In this document: one piece after another, positions 29,886 to 40,188 of the stretch
Layout: each line of letters begins with the position of its first letter
Position numbering within the stretch: the stretch's first letter is position 1
Source: an uncultured Clostridia bacterium
GTDB lineage: Bacteria > Bacillota > Clostridia > TANB77 > CAG-508
Direction: 5' to 3'
NCBI GenBank assembly: GCA_934130935.1
Contig: CAKOYQ010000001.1
Coordinates: 168,003-232,002, forward strand
DNA length: 64,000 nucleotides
Program-made: the position numbers and the translations under genes
Notes under the pieces: model-generated
Database searches by the model: none
Told to the model about the DNA's origin: nothing
What the model saw: only the letters and a program-made list of their open reading frames with translations

Positions 29886-32267
29886 ATGAATAACAGTTTA
29901 AAAAAATTGGAATTTGACAAAATATTAGAAAATGTATCAAATTACTGCAAAACATATATAGGAAAAAATCATGTATCAGAATTACGCCCATTGCAAGATA
30001 AAAAAGGAATTCAGAAAATGTTAGATGAAACTTCACAAGGAGTGGTATTAATCCAAAGAAATAGTACACCTCCACTTGGCGAAATTGCTGATATAAAAGT
30101 TTATTTAAAATCTTTAGATAGTTATGGAACTCTTAGCATAAAAGCTTTACTAGAGATCCAAAACATTTTACAAATGTCTTCAAACTTAAAAAATTACTTT
30201 GAAAAAGATTATCTTGAAACATCAAATTTTTCTGCAGTAGAACAATACTTTTTTGATTTATATGTAAATCCAAGTATTGTATCAACTTTTGCAAAGTCAA
30301 TTATAGATGAAGATACTATTGCAGATACTGCATCCTCAAAATTACAAGATATTCGTAGAAAAGAACGCAAGATTGAACAAGATATTCGTTCAAAACTTAA
30401 TGGAATTTTACATTCTTCCACATATTCAAAATATATGAGAGAAAACATCGTAACCATCCGTAATGGTCGTTTTGTAATACCTGTAAAAGAAGAGTATCGT
30501 AGTGTTGTTAAAGGATTTGTTCATGATATGTCAAGTAGTGGTTCAACAGTATTTATAGAACCTATCGCTATATTTGACCTAAATAATGAACTTTCAAACC
30601 TGCATATCGAAGAAGAGCTTGAAATTGAAAAAATTTTGCAGAATTTAAGTGGGTTATTATATCCATATACAAAAGAACTTGAAAATAATGTCCAATTAAT
30701 TGGGAAACTTGATTTTATATTTGCAAAAGCTCATTACTCTTTAAATTTGCATTGTACAACACCTGAAATAAATGATGAAAAATTCATTGATTTTAAAAAT
30801 GCACGTCATCCTTTAATTGACCAAACCAATGTTGTTCCAATTTCTGTAGAATTAGGAAAAGATTTTTTAAGTTTAATTATAACAGGTCCGAACACAGGTG
30901 GAAAAACAGTAACTTTAAAAACAATAGGTCTTTTATCTGCAATGGTATGTAGTGGCTTAAATATCCCTGCAGATGAACATTCTAGTTTTTATGTATTTGA
31001 CCACATTTTTGCTGATATAGGAGATGAACAAAGTATTAGTGAATCCTTAAGTACATTTTCATCACATATGAGTAATATTGTAAAAATAACACAAAAAGCC
31101 ACTTCTAACAGTCTTATACTTGTTGATGAATTAGGTTCTGGAACAGATCCTCTTGAAGGTGCACATCTTGCAATAAGCATTTTACAATATTTTACTGAAA
31201 TGAAATGCCTTACTGTTGCAACATCACATTATCAAGAACTAAAAAAATACGCGCTTGTAACACCTGGGTTCAAAAATGCTAGTGTAGAATTTGATATAGA
31301 ACATTTAAAACCAACATATCGTTTATTAATTGGAATACCTGGAAAAAGTAATGCTTTTGCAATAAGTAGAAAACTTGGATTAGACGAAAATATTATAGAA
31401 CATGCCTCTTCTATGATAGACAAAGAAACTGTAAATTTAGAAGATTTATTAAAAAATATTTATGATAGTAAATCAAAAATTGAAGATGAAAAAATTCGCA
31501 CCTCTCTTGCTTTACAAGAAGCAGAAGATTTACGCAATTCATTAAAACATCAACATTCAAATGTATCTGATAAAGAAAAAGAATTAATTTCTAATGCAAA
31601 GCAAGAAGCAAAACAAATTTTACTTGATGCAAAAGAGACTGCAAATTCAATAATAAAAGACATGAATTCAGCTCAATCTGCCTCTAAAGCAAATAAACTT
31701 AGAAATACATTAAATGAAAAAATTTCTTCTATAAATACAAACGTAGAAGATGTGGAATTATCTGACAATTTACTCCCTACTATTGCACGAGAAAACATTA
31801 AACCAGGTTTAAATGTATATGTAAGTAATTTAAAAACAAATGGCATTGTAGTTTCTAACATATCAAAAGATGACACTGTTCAAGTTCAAATTGGTATAAT
31901 GAAGATGAAAGTTGATATAAAAAATTTACAACAAACATCAAATTCAAAATCCTCTACATCTGCAAATAATAAATCAGCCAGTTATTCTTATGTAGCACGT
32001 TCATCCTTAAAATCACAAAGTGTAAGCTCAGAACTCAACATTCTAGGTCTTACAGTTGATGAAGCAATTCCTATTGTAGATAAATACTTAGATGACTGTT
32101 ATATTGCAAAACTTTCTCCAGTTCGCATTGTTCATGGTAAAGGAACTGGTGCATTACGCAATGGTATTCATCATTATCTTAAGTCTAATAAAATTGTTGA
32201 TAGCTTTAGACTTGGCACTTTTGGTGAAGGTGAAATGGGTGTGACTATTGTTAATTTAAAATTGTAA
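29886..32267 (+). CDS. mutS2: endonuclease MutS2
   Basis: 793 aa, Walker A GPNTGGKT, and a C-terminal Smr domain (LNILGLTVDEA...VRIVHGKGTGALR). Confidence 0.95.
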   Translation: MNNSLKKLEFDKILENVSNYCKTYIGKNHVSELRPLQDKKGIQKMLDETSQGVVLIQRNSTPPLGEIADIKVYLKSLDSYGTLSIKALLEIQNILQMSSNLKNYFEKDYLETSNFSAVEQYFFDLYVNPSIVSTFAKSIIDEDTIADTASSKLQDIRRKERKIEQDIRSKLNGILHSSTYSKYMRENIVTIRNGRFVIPVKEEYRSVVKGFVHDMSSSGSTVFIEPIAIFDLNNELSNLHIEEELEIEKILQNLSGLLYPYTKELENNVQLIGKLDFIFAKAHYSLNLHCTTPEINDEKFIDFKNARHPLIDQTNVVPISVELGKDFLSLIITGPNTGGKTVTLKTIGLLSAMVCSGLNIPADEHSSFYVFDHIFADIGDEQSISESLSTFSSHMSNIVKITQKATSNSLILVDELGSGTDPLEGAHLAISILQYFTEMKCLTVATSHYQELKKYALVTPGFKNASVEFDIEHLKPTYRLLIGIPGKSNAFAISRKLGLDENIIEHASSMIDKETVNLEDLLKNIYDSKSKIEDEKIRTSLALQEAEDLRNSLKHQHSNVSDKEKELISNAKQEAKQILLDAKETANSIIKDMNSAQSASKANKLRNTLNEKISSINTNVEDVELSDNLLPTIARENIKPGLNVYVSNLKTNGIVVSNISKDDTVQVQIGIMKMKVDIKNLQQTSNSKSSTSANNKSASYSYVARSSLKSQSVSSELNILGLTVDEAIPIVDKYLDDCYIAKLSPVRIVHGKGTGALRNGIHHYLKSNKIVDSFRLGTFGEGEMGVTIVNLKL

Positions 32268-32272
32268 AAATT

Positions 32273-32535
32273 AGGCTGGGTACATTTTTTAGCTTTTTAT
32301 TGTATACTATTTTACAAATATTAAATATAAACTTTGCATTACATTCCTCGACTCATTGCAAAACTTAAGAAATTCTAACTCATTTTATGGCACCCTTCCA
32401 CTCTCGTGAACTCTTTCCATAAAATTTCGTAGAATTTCTAAAGTTTCTTCAATCATATTCGTCATTTCATTTAAATTTTATATTTAATATTTGTAATTAT
32501 TGGCTTGATAAAAAGTTAAAAAATGTACCCAACCT
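32273..32535. repeat. 263-bp composite palindrome between the convergent mutS2 and spoVT genes
   Basis: Outer arms are AGGCTGGGTACATTTTTTA (32273-32291) and TAAAAAATGTACCCAACCT (32517-32535). Inner flanks are partly inverted. The 175-bp core element lies in the middle. Confidence 0.85.
32317..32491 (+). mobile_element. MITE-like long-hairpin element, copy 1
   Basis: 19-bp terminal inverted repeats AATATTAAATATAAACTTT / AAA(T)TTTATATTTAATATT. The interior is an imperfect palindrome. About 95% identical by eye to the reverse complement of 55173-55348. Confidence 0.75.
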
Positions 32536-32549
32536 AAAATTTGCTATTT

Positions 32550-33104
32550 TTAAATTTCCATTTGACTTCCTAAGAAAGATGCAGCTGATTGAGCTACTTT
32601 TTTCTCTACTTCATTCATTTTTGTATTAGACTCTTTAGATAACAAAATTACTGTACCTATTGTATCCCCATTTGATATAATTGGATATACTACTTGTGCA
32701 TTATATTTTCTTTCATTATTATCATTTTTTGTTATTGGAACAGCAACATCACTATTCTCTTTACTTGTATATATTTCCTTGTCTTCCATTAATTGTTCTA
32801 GTTCATCACTTACGTTTTGCTCTAAAAATTCTTTTTTAGGCCCTCCTGAAATTGCTATTACTGTATCTTTATCTGTTATACATGCTATATGTCCTGTTGT
32901 TTTTGATAAAGTTTCTGCATAGCCTGTCGCAAATTCTGATAACTCACCAATCGGAGAATACTTTTTCAAAATCACTTGTCCTTCTCTATCTGTAAATATT
33001 TCTAAAGGTTCGCCCTCTTTTATACGCAAAGTTTTTCTTATTTCTTTTGGTATTACTACTCTACCTAAATCATCTATTCTTCTTACAACTCCTGTTGCTT
33101 TCAT
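32550..33104 (-). CDS. spoVT: stage V sporulation protein T (AbrB-family regulator)
   Basis: MKATGVVRRIDDLGRVVIPKEIRKTLRIKEGEPLEIF plus a GAF-like C-terminal domain. Confidence 0.9.
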   Translation of the reverse strand: MKATGVVRRIDDLGRVVIPKEIRKTLRIKEGEPLEIFTDREGQVILKKYSPIGELSEFATGYAETLSKTTGHIACITDKDTVIAISGGPKKEFLEQNVSDELEQLMEDKEIYTSKENSDVAVPITKNDNNERKYNAQVVYPIISNGDTIGTVILLSKESNTKMNEVEKKVAQSAASFLGSQMEI

Positions 33105-33208
33105 AATCTTCCTCCTTTTTGTTTTTAAGTATATTCTTATTATGACAAAAAAGGAAAAAAATATACATATTTATAACACAACATTTTTTGAATTTTATGT
33201 TGATTTTG

Positions 33209-33237
33209 TTGAATTTTTTTTTTGAATAGTTTATAAT
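33209..33237 (+). promoter_or_regulatory. sigma-A-type promoter of ssrA
   Basis: TTGAAT-17 nt-TATAAT, with the -10 ending 11 nt before the mature tmRNA 5' end. Confidence 0.5.
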
Positions 33238-33248
33238 AAATCATATAT

Positions 33249-33601
33249 GGGGATGTAATGGTTTCGACATTGCATTGGAAACATAAATAGCGAGTAGTGG
33301 ATTCTCGTTTGCCACTTTAAAAAACGAGAAATTAAATATAAACGCTGATAATACAGAATTAGCATATGCTGCCTAGTTGCAGCATCGCCTATTAAAATAT
33401 TCCCACATATTTTAATTTGGTGTCATTTTAGTGGGGAACAAAACTGTTTTTTCTACGAAAACAGCAGGTATTTTAGTAGATATATTTAATAATTGTTTGT
33501 TTATTAATGATTATTAAATGAATTTTAATAATAAACTGCACTCGGAGAAGTTTATGTGGATGGTGTTATGGACAGGGGTTCGACTCCCCTCATCTCCACC
33601 A
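33249..33601 (+). ncRNA. ssrA: tmRNA
   Basis: The 5' GGGGATGTAATGGTTTCGAC pairs with the 3' CATCTCCACCA (G3:U pair). T-arm GGGGTTCGACTCCCC. The tag reading frame GCT GAT AAT ACA GAA TTA GCA TAT GCT GCC TAG encodes ADNTELAYAA. Confidence 0.9.
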
Positions 33602-33620
33602 GAATATTAGTAAGTTATCT

Positions 33621-33785
33621 CTAAATTTCAAACTTATATAAGTATTTACCCAATTTTAATTTTTTTATAAAAACTGCTCCAAACTTTTCATAATAATTTT
33701 CTAAATCTGTTTTTAAATATAGTATTGAAAATCCTCTTTTTTTCGCTTCATTTAATATGCTAGAACTATTCCTTTCTATTCTACT
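33621..33785 (-). pseudogene. C-terminal remnant of a GNAT-type acetyltransferase
   Basis: 54-codon open frame with no start: ...ILNEAKKRGFSILYLKTDLENYYEKFGAVFIKKL...*. It resembles a GNAT C-terminus and begins right after an in-frame stop. Confidence 0.3.
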
Positions 33786-33935
33786 TTATATATTATCATT
33801 AATCCGTGAATTTATCAATAAGCTTTTGTAACTATAATTTATCAAATATTTTTAGCTTTTGCATTGTATTTTATTCTAAAAATGATATAATAAGGTATAA
33901 TAAATTTTTAATATTAATTATAGGGGTGTTGCAAT

Positions 33936-34751
33936 TTGGAAAATAATAATGAAGTAAATAATTTAGAAAAAAGGAATCTAAAAAAGGAACAAACTAATAT
34001 TAATAAAAACAATAAAAAAAAATTATGGATTATAATAGGAATTATTATTGTAATAGCTATAGCAAGTATTATTGTCTATGCTACATTTTCAGAAGATATT
34101 TGTCTAAACAGTATAAATCTTATACCTTTTAGAGATGGTTCAAGTTCTAATTCATCTAATAACATAGATAAACCTGCTACACCTAGTGATTTACATCCAA
34201 GCTACGACAAACCTATTATATATTTATATCCAGAAAAAGAAATACAATTATCTGTTAGATTAGGAAAAGAAAATAATATTACATGTTCATATCCAGAATA
34301 TAAAAACGGTTGGAATGTACTAGCAAAACCAGATGGTACATTAGTAGATATCGAAACTGGAAGAGGTCTATATGCTTTATACTGGGAAGGAATTCGAAGT
34401 GAAAAGTGTAATCTTAAAGAAGGTTTTGTTGTAAAAGGAAACCAAACAATTCAATTTTTAGAAGAAAAATTAGCAGTACTAGGTTTAAATGAAAGAGAGT
34501 CTGAAGAATTTATAGTATATTGGTTACCTAAATTACAAAAAAATGAATACAACTATATTAGATTTGCTACATTAGAGGAAATAAATAATAATATGCCATT
34601 AGAGCTTTCTGTTGATCCAGATACATTGATAAGAGTTCTAATGCAATATAAACCTTTAGATAAATATATGGAAGTTAAAGAGCAAGAATTAGTAACACCA
34701 GATAGAAATGGATTTACAGTTGTTGAATGGGGCGGAACAGAAATAAAATAA
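33936..34751 (+). CDS. membrane-anchored exported protein of unknown function
   Basis: TTG start behind AGGGGTG, Lys/Asn-rich N-terminus, one TM (LWIIIGIIIVIAIASIIVYA) and a 200-aa extracytoplasmic domain. Confidence 0.5.
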   Translation: MENNNEVNNLEKRNLKKEQTNINKNNKKKLWIIIGIIIVIAIASIIVYATFSEDICLNSINLIPFRDGSSSNSSNNIDKPATPSDLHPSYDKPIIYLYPEKEIQLSVRLGKENNITCSYPEYKNGWNVLAKPDGTLVDIETGRGLYALYWEGIRSEKCNLKEGFVVKGNQTIQFLEEKLAVLGLNERESEEFIVYWLPKLQKNEYNYIRFATLEEINNNMPLELSVDPDTLIRVLMQYKPLDKYMEVKEQELVTPDRNGFTVVEWGGTEIK

Positions 34752-34754
34752 AAT

Positions 34755-34783
34755 TTGCAATATTTGCAAAAATATGGTATACT
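34755..34783 (+). promoter_or_regulatory. sigma-A promoter with extended -10
   Basis: TTGCAA-17 nt-(TGG)TATACT, about 97 nt upstream of the 34881 ATG. Confidence 0.5.
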
Positions 34784-34880
34784 ATGTGCATATATAGTGG
34801 ATAAACTATGTATCTAAGCAAGCCTCGTGTTTGCATCAAAGCAATAACATTAAGATAAAAAATTTTGGAGGAGCTTAATA

Positions 34881-35219
34881 ATGAAGAATTGTTTTGTTAC
34901 CGATGTAAGAAATCAGGATTACTTCTTCGTCATTGGCAAATGCAAATATACTGGTCTATCAAATATTTGCATTTGCGAAAGAGAGGACGGTAGCTTCGTC
35001 TACCGCAGTGAATATATGCTTTCTCCTTCGAGAGAGACATTTCATGTACCACATCTCTGTGAAGGGAGTGTTGTAAGGGTAGTTGATCCTTACAACAAGA
35101 AGCTTTTTGGCAAAAAATTTCTCGTGTCCGAAATTGATAATGAAGTGGTTTCTATCATCAATCCTTGTAACCCCAGTCTTGTAGAGAGGATTGCTATCAC
35201 TTCTCTTCAGGTAATTTAA
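34881..35219 (+). CDS. small Cys-containing protein of unknown function, compositionally atypical
   Basis: 112 aa with a GGAGGAG SD. It is visibly richer in G+C and uses codons (CTC, CGC, CCG, GTC) that are rare elsewhere in the window. Confidence 0.55.
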   Translation: MKNCFVTDVRNQDYFFVIGKCKYTGLSNICICEREDGSFVYRSEYMLSPSRETFHVPHLCEGSVVRVVDPYNKKLFGKKFLVSEIDNEVVSIINPCNPSLVERIAITSLQVI

Positions 35220-35238
35220 TTTAAAAAAAATTCTTCAA

Positions 35239-35274
35239 AACCCCTTGTGCAATACACAAGGGGTTGCATTTTTT
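35239..35274 (+). terminator. rho-independent terminator
   Basis: AACCCCTTGTG-CAATA-CACAAGGGGTT followed by GCATTTTTT. Confidence 0.8.
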
Positions 35275-35286
35275 GTAGTAAGCAGA

Positions 35287-36870
35287 TTACAATTCTGTCC
35301 TATTTTTTGTCTCTTTATTTGCTATCTCATGATATTCCTTTTCCGTATTCACACTCCAAATATTAGACTTATCTTTTATATTATTTTTTATATTGTGAAC
35401 TGCTTCTAAAGCTGTTGCCATAGAATGATCCATATTATTATAACGGTGTTGACCATTTCTTCCTATACAATATAAATTGTCAAAGCTATCTAAATATTTT
35501 ACCAACTGATCCATTTTGTTATATGTATCAAAATATGCAGGATATGCCTTTTTAATTTTTTGTCTACATGCATCTAAAATATTTTCCTTATTAATTATTT
35601 CCATTTTAACTAATTCATCTATAGCAAAATTTATAAACTCCTGATCTGACATCTCCCAATATTTATCGCCTTCTTCACATGTATATTCAAGACCCAACCA
35701 TATTGTATTCTTAATATCCTTTACCATATATGGTGACCAATTATTAAAAATCTGAATTCGAAGAAGTTTAATATTCGGTTCATGAATATACAACCAACAA
35801 TCAGGAATTATATTATTAAAAGTTTTTATATTTGTTTCATTTTTCAAATTTAATTTATTAACTAATAACCCAACTGTCATAAAATCCCTATATGGTAGCC
35901 CTTTAGCTATTTCTAGCATATCTCCTGGTACTTCATCTCCATACATATTAACAACTAAGTCTTTTACTGGCATTGTAGAGATAAATATATCTCCTGTTAT
36001 TTCAACAGTTTCTCCATTAACTTGACATTCTACTGAGATTATCTTATTGTTTTTTATATTTATCCTTGTTACTTTATGCCCTTTTTTTATCTCTCCTCCT
36101 TTTTCTTGTATTCTGCTAGCTAATGTCTCCCAAAGTTGTCCAGGTCCATATTTAGGATATAAAAATTGCTCTATTAAAGATGTTTCTGTATTTTTCTCAT
36201 TCTTTTTTCCGATTAATTTATTCAAAATATCTTTTATTATAGTCTTTATTGATATGCCTTTAACTCTTTGAGCACCCCAATCAGCAGAAATCTCTGATGG
36301 CTTTCTTCCCCATAATCTCTCTGTATAACCTTTAAAGAACATATTATATAGTTCTTCTCCAAACCTATTAATATAAAAATCTTCTAATGATTTTTCATTC
36401 TTTTTAAATATCAAAACTTTCAAATAACTAAATACTACTTTAATTATCCTTACTATCCCCATATTTTTTATGGTACTCCACTTTAAACTTATTGGATAAT
36501 CAAAAAATTTTTTCATAAAAAATATTCTTGATACTCTTGTACGCACAAGCATCACTCTGTTCTCGTTATTAGGATTAGGTCCATTAGGTTTTAGTTGTTT
36601 TTCTCTTCCTAATTCTTCATCATCATAAGAATTAGTTCCTTGTATTGGCATAATTGATTCCCAATATTTCATAACTTCTTTATCTTTTGAGAAAAATCTA
36701 TGACCACCTATATCCATTCTATTTCCATTATAATTTACAGTCTTCGATATCCCACCAATATCTTGAGTTTCCTCCAACAATGTTACATTATATTCTTGTT
36801 TTTCATCTAACAGTTTATCTGCAGCAGTTAAGCCTGCTGGACCTGCCCCTATTATAATTACATTCTTCAT
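35287..36870 (-). CDS. NAD(P)/FAD-dependent oxidoreductase (amine-oxidase / UDP-galactopyranose-mutase-like fold)
   Basis: [17 protein letters not shown] dinucleotide-binding motif. I place the start at ATG 36870 behind GGGAGAAG. Confidence 0.7.
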   Translation of the reverse strand: MKNVIIIGAGPAGLTAADKLLDEKQEYNVTLLEETQDIGGISKTVNYNGNRMDIGGHRFFSKDKEVMKYWESIMPIQGTNSYDDEELGREKQLKPNGPNPNNENRVMLVRTRVSRIFFMKKFFDYPISLKWSTIKNMGIVRIIKVVFSYLKVLIFKKNEKSLEDFYINRFGEELYNMFFKGYTERLWGRKPSEISADWGAQRVKGISIKTIIKDILNKLIGKKNEKNTETSLIEQFLYPKYGPGQLWETLASRIQEKGGEIKKGHKVTRINIKNNKIISVECQVNGETVEITGDIFISTMPVKDLVVNMYGDEVPGDMLEIAKGLPYRDFMTVGLLVNKLNLKNETNIKTFNNIIPDCWLYIHEPNIKLLRIQIFNNWSPYMVKDIKNTIWLGLEYTCEEGDKYWEMSDQEFINFAIDELVKMEIINKENILDACRQKIKKAYPAYFDTYNKMDQLVKYLDSFDNLYCIGRNGQHRYNNMDHSMATALEAVHNIKNNIKDKSNIWSVNTEKEYHEIANKETKNRTEL

Positions 36871-36890
36871 TAAGCTTCTCCCTATATTTT

Positions 36891-38843
36891 CTATTCCCAA
36901 AAATCTACTACATATTTAAGTTTATAATAGTTTTTTGGCGAATTAATTTTAAAGTTTTCTTTTTCTGATACAATTCCAGCACAAAAATTTATTAAAATAA
37001 TATAAACAACCATAAATCCCAAAATTCTTTCCAGAATTTGTTTGGCCTCTACTGTTTCACAGTTATTCCAATTTGCCACAAAAGTCATTATTCCTGCTAT
37101 TATCAATATCCATGCATAATCTGCCAAATATCTAGGCGTGCTTCCAGCCATCATTATACTCACTATACATATTAATATTCCAACAAGTGTAAATATTAAA
37201 ATAGTTTTGTTTAAATCTTCATCTTTTTTCTCTTTATTGTATAACTTATATAGTCCAAAAATTGAAAAACATATTGGAACTAACATAAATAAGCCTCCAA
37301 CCATATTTTCAATATAATAATATCCATAAAATGTAGGAATTACATTACTGTTTTGTACAAATGGAAAACTATCTTTCAATATTGGAACATTAAACAGATT
37401 ACTCATTACACCAATTCCAATAGTCATAAATCTATTTCTTAACTTTGACATATCATTTAATGTTAATTGGTATGAAGCTCCAAATTCTAAAATATTATCA
37501 AATCTAATATAGTTATAATACATAAGAGCAGTTCCAACTATTATATATGGACATACTGCAAAAATAATCTTTCCTATATTTTTTTTATATTTAATATTTT
37601 CCAAAAATGTATTGAAAAATACAGGAAGAGCTATTAATGAAACCAAAAGCATTGTTGGTCTGCATGCAACAGCTAAACTTAAAAACAAACTTGTTAAAAA
37701 TATATATTTATAGTTTATTTCATCTGATTTAATTGCAATAAATAGAAAATTAATTCCTATAATTGCAAAAAATAATCCTGAAATAACAGCAAGTTCATAA
37801 AATCTAGGCGTTCCATTTAGTATTAAAATCTGGCTTCCAAAGAGCAATATCAAAAATGAGTATAGCATAACCTTAAATGATACATTTTTAAAATATCTAT
37901 TAAAAATATTATAAATCAACTCTTTTAATGATATTGCTGCCAAAATTGAAAACAATAATATGGCTGTGGCTGTCGATAAATACTGTCCTGTAATTATATG
38001 ATATGGTACAAGCATTATCAATGCTGGTAGCACTCCAAAATACACATAATATTTTCCATTATATAAAGCTATATCCCAAATATAATCATCATTTCTCCTT
38101 AGTCCTTTTTCATTTCTTTGAACATTATCATAAGGATTTTGCATTTCCACTAATTCTTTTTCAGGTTCTTTATCAATATAACTTTGTCCTTTTGCCAGGG
38201 CATCAACAAAGTCATAAGAATAGTAGTCATTTTTTTGTTCTTTTCTACTATTAATATTTATATAAAAAATTAGCATACAAAAAATTGCCAGCACTACTAA
38301 TAATATACATTCATGTTTATAATTAAAATTTGCAATAGTGCTCTTAAATATATCATATTCCCTTACAACGCATAAAAAAACTAAAAATAAATATACACAA
38401 ATAAATCTCACTAAACTAAAATTAAATGGTATCTTATCATTAATACAAATCTCTTCCACATTTATATTGGGTGCAAAAATCCTTATTGCTATTTTATTAC
38501 TTTTACCAGATAAGTATGTATCAATGTATTTACTATTCTCTATTCCTTGTACATACGTCTTTAAAGCAACTTCTCTAAATTCACTTGAAGTTTCATCTGT
38601 ATATAAAAGTTGATATTCTACCACTTTTTCATTGCTTATATTTATATAAAACGTTTTTATTTCATCATTAATATTATCAATTTCAATATATGTATATTTT
38701 TCGTTTGATTCATAACACGAAAATTCTTCTTCTTTAAACATTCTCTTGTTTGAAGAGTTCAAATTCCTATATGATTTATAATTAAAAATAACTACTTCCA
38801 ATATTATAACTAAAATCAACAATTTTATAAGTTTGCTTTTCAT
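36891..38843 (-). CDS. large polytopic membrane protein, possibly a GT-C-type glycosyltransferase
   Basis: 650 aa with one N-terminal TM, a 130-aa soluble domain, then 12 or more TM segments. Coupled to the FAD oxidoreductase. Function is inferred from architecture only. Confidence 0.4.
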   Translation of the reverse strand: MKSKLIKLLILVIILEVVIFNYKSYRNLNSSNKRMFKEEEFSCYESNEKYTYIEIDNINDEIKTFYINISNEKVVEYQLLYTDETSSEFREVALKTYVQGIENSKYIDTYLSGKSNKIAIRIFAPNINVEEICINDKIPFNFSLVRFICVYLFLVFLCVVREYDIFKSTIANFNYKHECILLVVLAIFCMLIFYININSRKEQKNDYYSYDFVDALAKGQSYIDKEPEKELVEMQNPYDNVQRNEKGLRRNDDYIWDIALYNGKYYVYFGVLPALIMLVPYHIITGQYLSTATAILLFSILAAISLKELIYNIFNRYFKNVSFKVMLYSFLILLFGSQILILNGTPRFYELAVISGLFFAIIGINFLFIAIKSDEINYKYIFLTSLFLSLAVACRPTMLLVSLIALPVFFNTFLENIKYKKNIGKIIFAVCPYIIVGTALMYYNYIRFDNILEFGASYQLTLNDMSKLRNRFMTIGIGVMSNLFNVPILKDSFPFVQNSNVIPTFYGYYYIENMVGGLFMLVPICFSIFGLYKLYNKEKKDEDLNKTILIFTLVGILICIVSIMMAGSTPRYLADYAWILIIAGIMTFVANWNNCETVEAKQILERILGFMVVYIILINFCAGIVSEKENFKINSPKNYYKLKYVVDFWE

Positions 38844-39034
38844 AAATTCTCCTATCCATATATGGAATATATCATATTCTTAACCTTAATTCAATAATAT
38901 CCTAATATTTTTATATTCGTTTGCCAAAATGATTATCACATTTCTTCTTTTTTATCATATAATATTACAATTATTATAGCATTTTTGATGTATGTTTTTA
39001 ACATGTATCAAAAATGCTAAGAAATGAGGCTTTT

Positions 39035-39489
39035 ATGGATGATTTTAATTTCAGTTCAACTTTATTATATGAAAATTTAAATATTTTACAACAAACTTAT
39101 CCTTTTATACAAACTGGTTCTATCGGAAAAAGTATTATGGGAAAAGATATACCTTTTGTTAGAGTCGGACGTGGACAAAAAGAAGTTTTTTATTCTGCAA
39201 GCTATCATGCAAATGAATGGATTACATCTTTATTATTGTTAGAATTCTTATATGAATACTGCAGTGCTATTCAAAATAACACTATGATTTGGAATTTTAA
39301 CGCTAGACGTTTATTTAATTCAACTTCTATTTATATTGTACCTTTAGTTAATCCTGACGGGGTTGACTTAGTCACAGGTGCACTTCCAAAAACTTCGCCT
39401 TCGTACAAACAAGCCGAAAGAATCGCTTATGGCTTTGCAACGATTCCTTTTCCAGATGGTTGGAAAGCTAATATACGTGGTGTGGATTT
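39035..39489 (+). pseudogene. M14-family gamma-D-glutamyl-(L)-diamino-acid peptidase, 5' fragment (interrupted gene)
   Basis: Zn motif SYHANEW (HxxE), NPDGVD. Homology stops at ...ANIRGVD(F), and the remaining 24 ORF-track codons read into foreign DNA. Confidence 0.8.
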
Positions 39490-39553
39490 CAAAAAATACC
39501 AACCTCTCTGTATACCTTGTAAACGCAGCATTTACAAGGAGTTTATTTTTTAT

Positions 39554-39868
39554 TTATATTAATTTATCAAAATTTCTTCTACTGCATAAAATTCTTCTAA
39601 TTTCCATTACATTATCTTTTACGGTATAGAATACAGTATAGTTTTTTACATAAATTCGATAATATGTATTTTTTCTTTTTCTTGTAGAATTATATTTTTC
39701 AAAACTTTCAGGACATTCACTTCGCTTCTCTATTTCTTTAATTACTTCATCATAAAAATTTTCTGCTGCAATTTTATTTTGAAGTTTATATATAAAATAT
39801 TTTGAAATATCATTAAACTGTTTTATAAATGTATCTGTGTATTTTATTGCGTATTTATTTCTCGCCAT
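39554..39868 (-). CDS. RelE/ParE-family type II toxin
   Basis: 104 aa with C-terminal YYRIYVKNYTVFYTVKDNVMEIRRILCSRRNF. It overlaps the antitoxin gene by 14 nt. Confidence 0.7.
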   Translation of the reverse strand: MARNKYAIKYTDTFIKQFNDISKYFIYKLQNKIAAENFYDEVIKEIEKRSECPESFEKYNSTRKRKNTYYRIYVKNYTVFYTVKDNVMEIRRILCSRRNFDKLI

Positions 39869-40142
39869 CTAGTATCCTCCTAGCTATTTTTTTAAATTCT
39901 TCATGAGAATAATATTTAGTATTTGGATCTTCTGCTTCTCTGTCTGCTTCATCTAATGCATTTTCAATATATTCTTCATATTCTTTATCACCCATTAATT
40001 TAGCATATTTTTCTAAACTCAAAACAACCATTGAACCATAACCGTTTTTGGTTAAGTAAACAGCTTCGCCCTCCTTTAAAACTAATTCTTCAATCTCTGG
40101 ATATTTATTTCTTAAATCTGATACTGGTCGTATATTAATCAT
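39855..40142 (-). CDS. Phd/YefM-family antitoxin
   Basis: MINIRPVSDLRNKYPEIEELV...AVYLTKNGYGSMVVLSLEKY. Confidence 0.75.
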   Translation of the reverse strand: MINIRPVSDLRNKYPEIEELVLKEGEAVYLTKNGYGSMVVLSLEKYAKLMGDKEYEEYIENALDEADREAEDPNTKYYSHEEFKKIARRILDGEK

Positions 40143-40188
40143 ATTAAATTACCTCCCCGCTTTTAATTATCATTATTTTATCATTATT

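Noticed and set aside
32387-32422. 11-codon mini-ORFs (MAPFHSRELFP on one strand, MERVHESGRVP on the other) in the MITE core
   Set aside because: Both arise automatically from the TTATGG...CCATAA palindrome. There is no SD and no coding signature.
33602-35286. Intact genomic island integrated at ssrA
   Set aside because: There is no integrase, and I could find no downstream direct repeat of the tmRNA 3' end. Only remnant-like features are present.
39490-39629. C-terminal 24 codons of ORF 39014-39562, and ORF 39378-39629, as real coding sequence
   Set aside because: Homology to M14 peptidases ends at the 11-bp repeat. The remainder is read-through into element DNA that overlaps the ParE toxin gene on the other strand.
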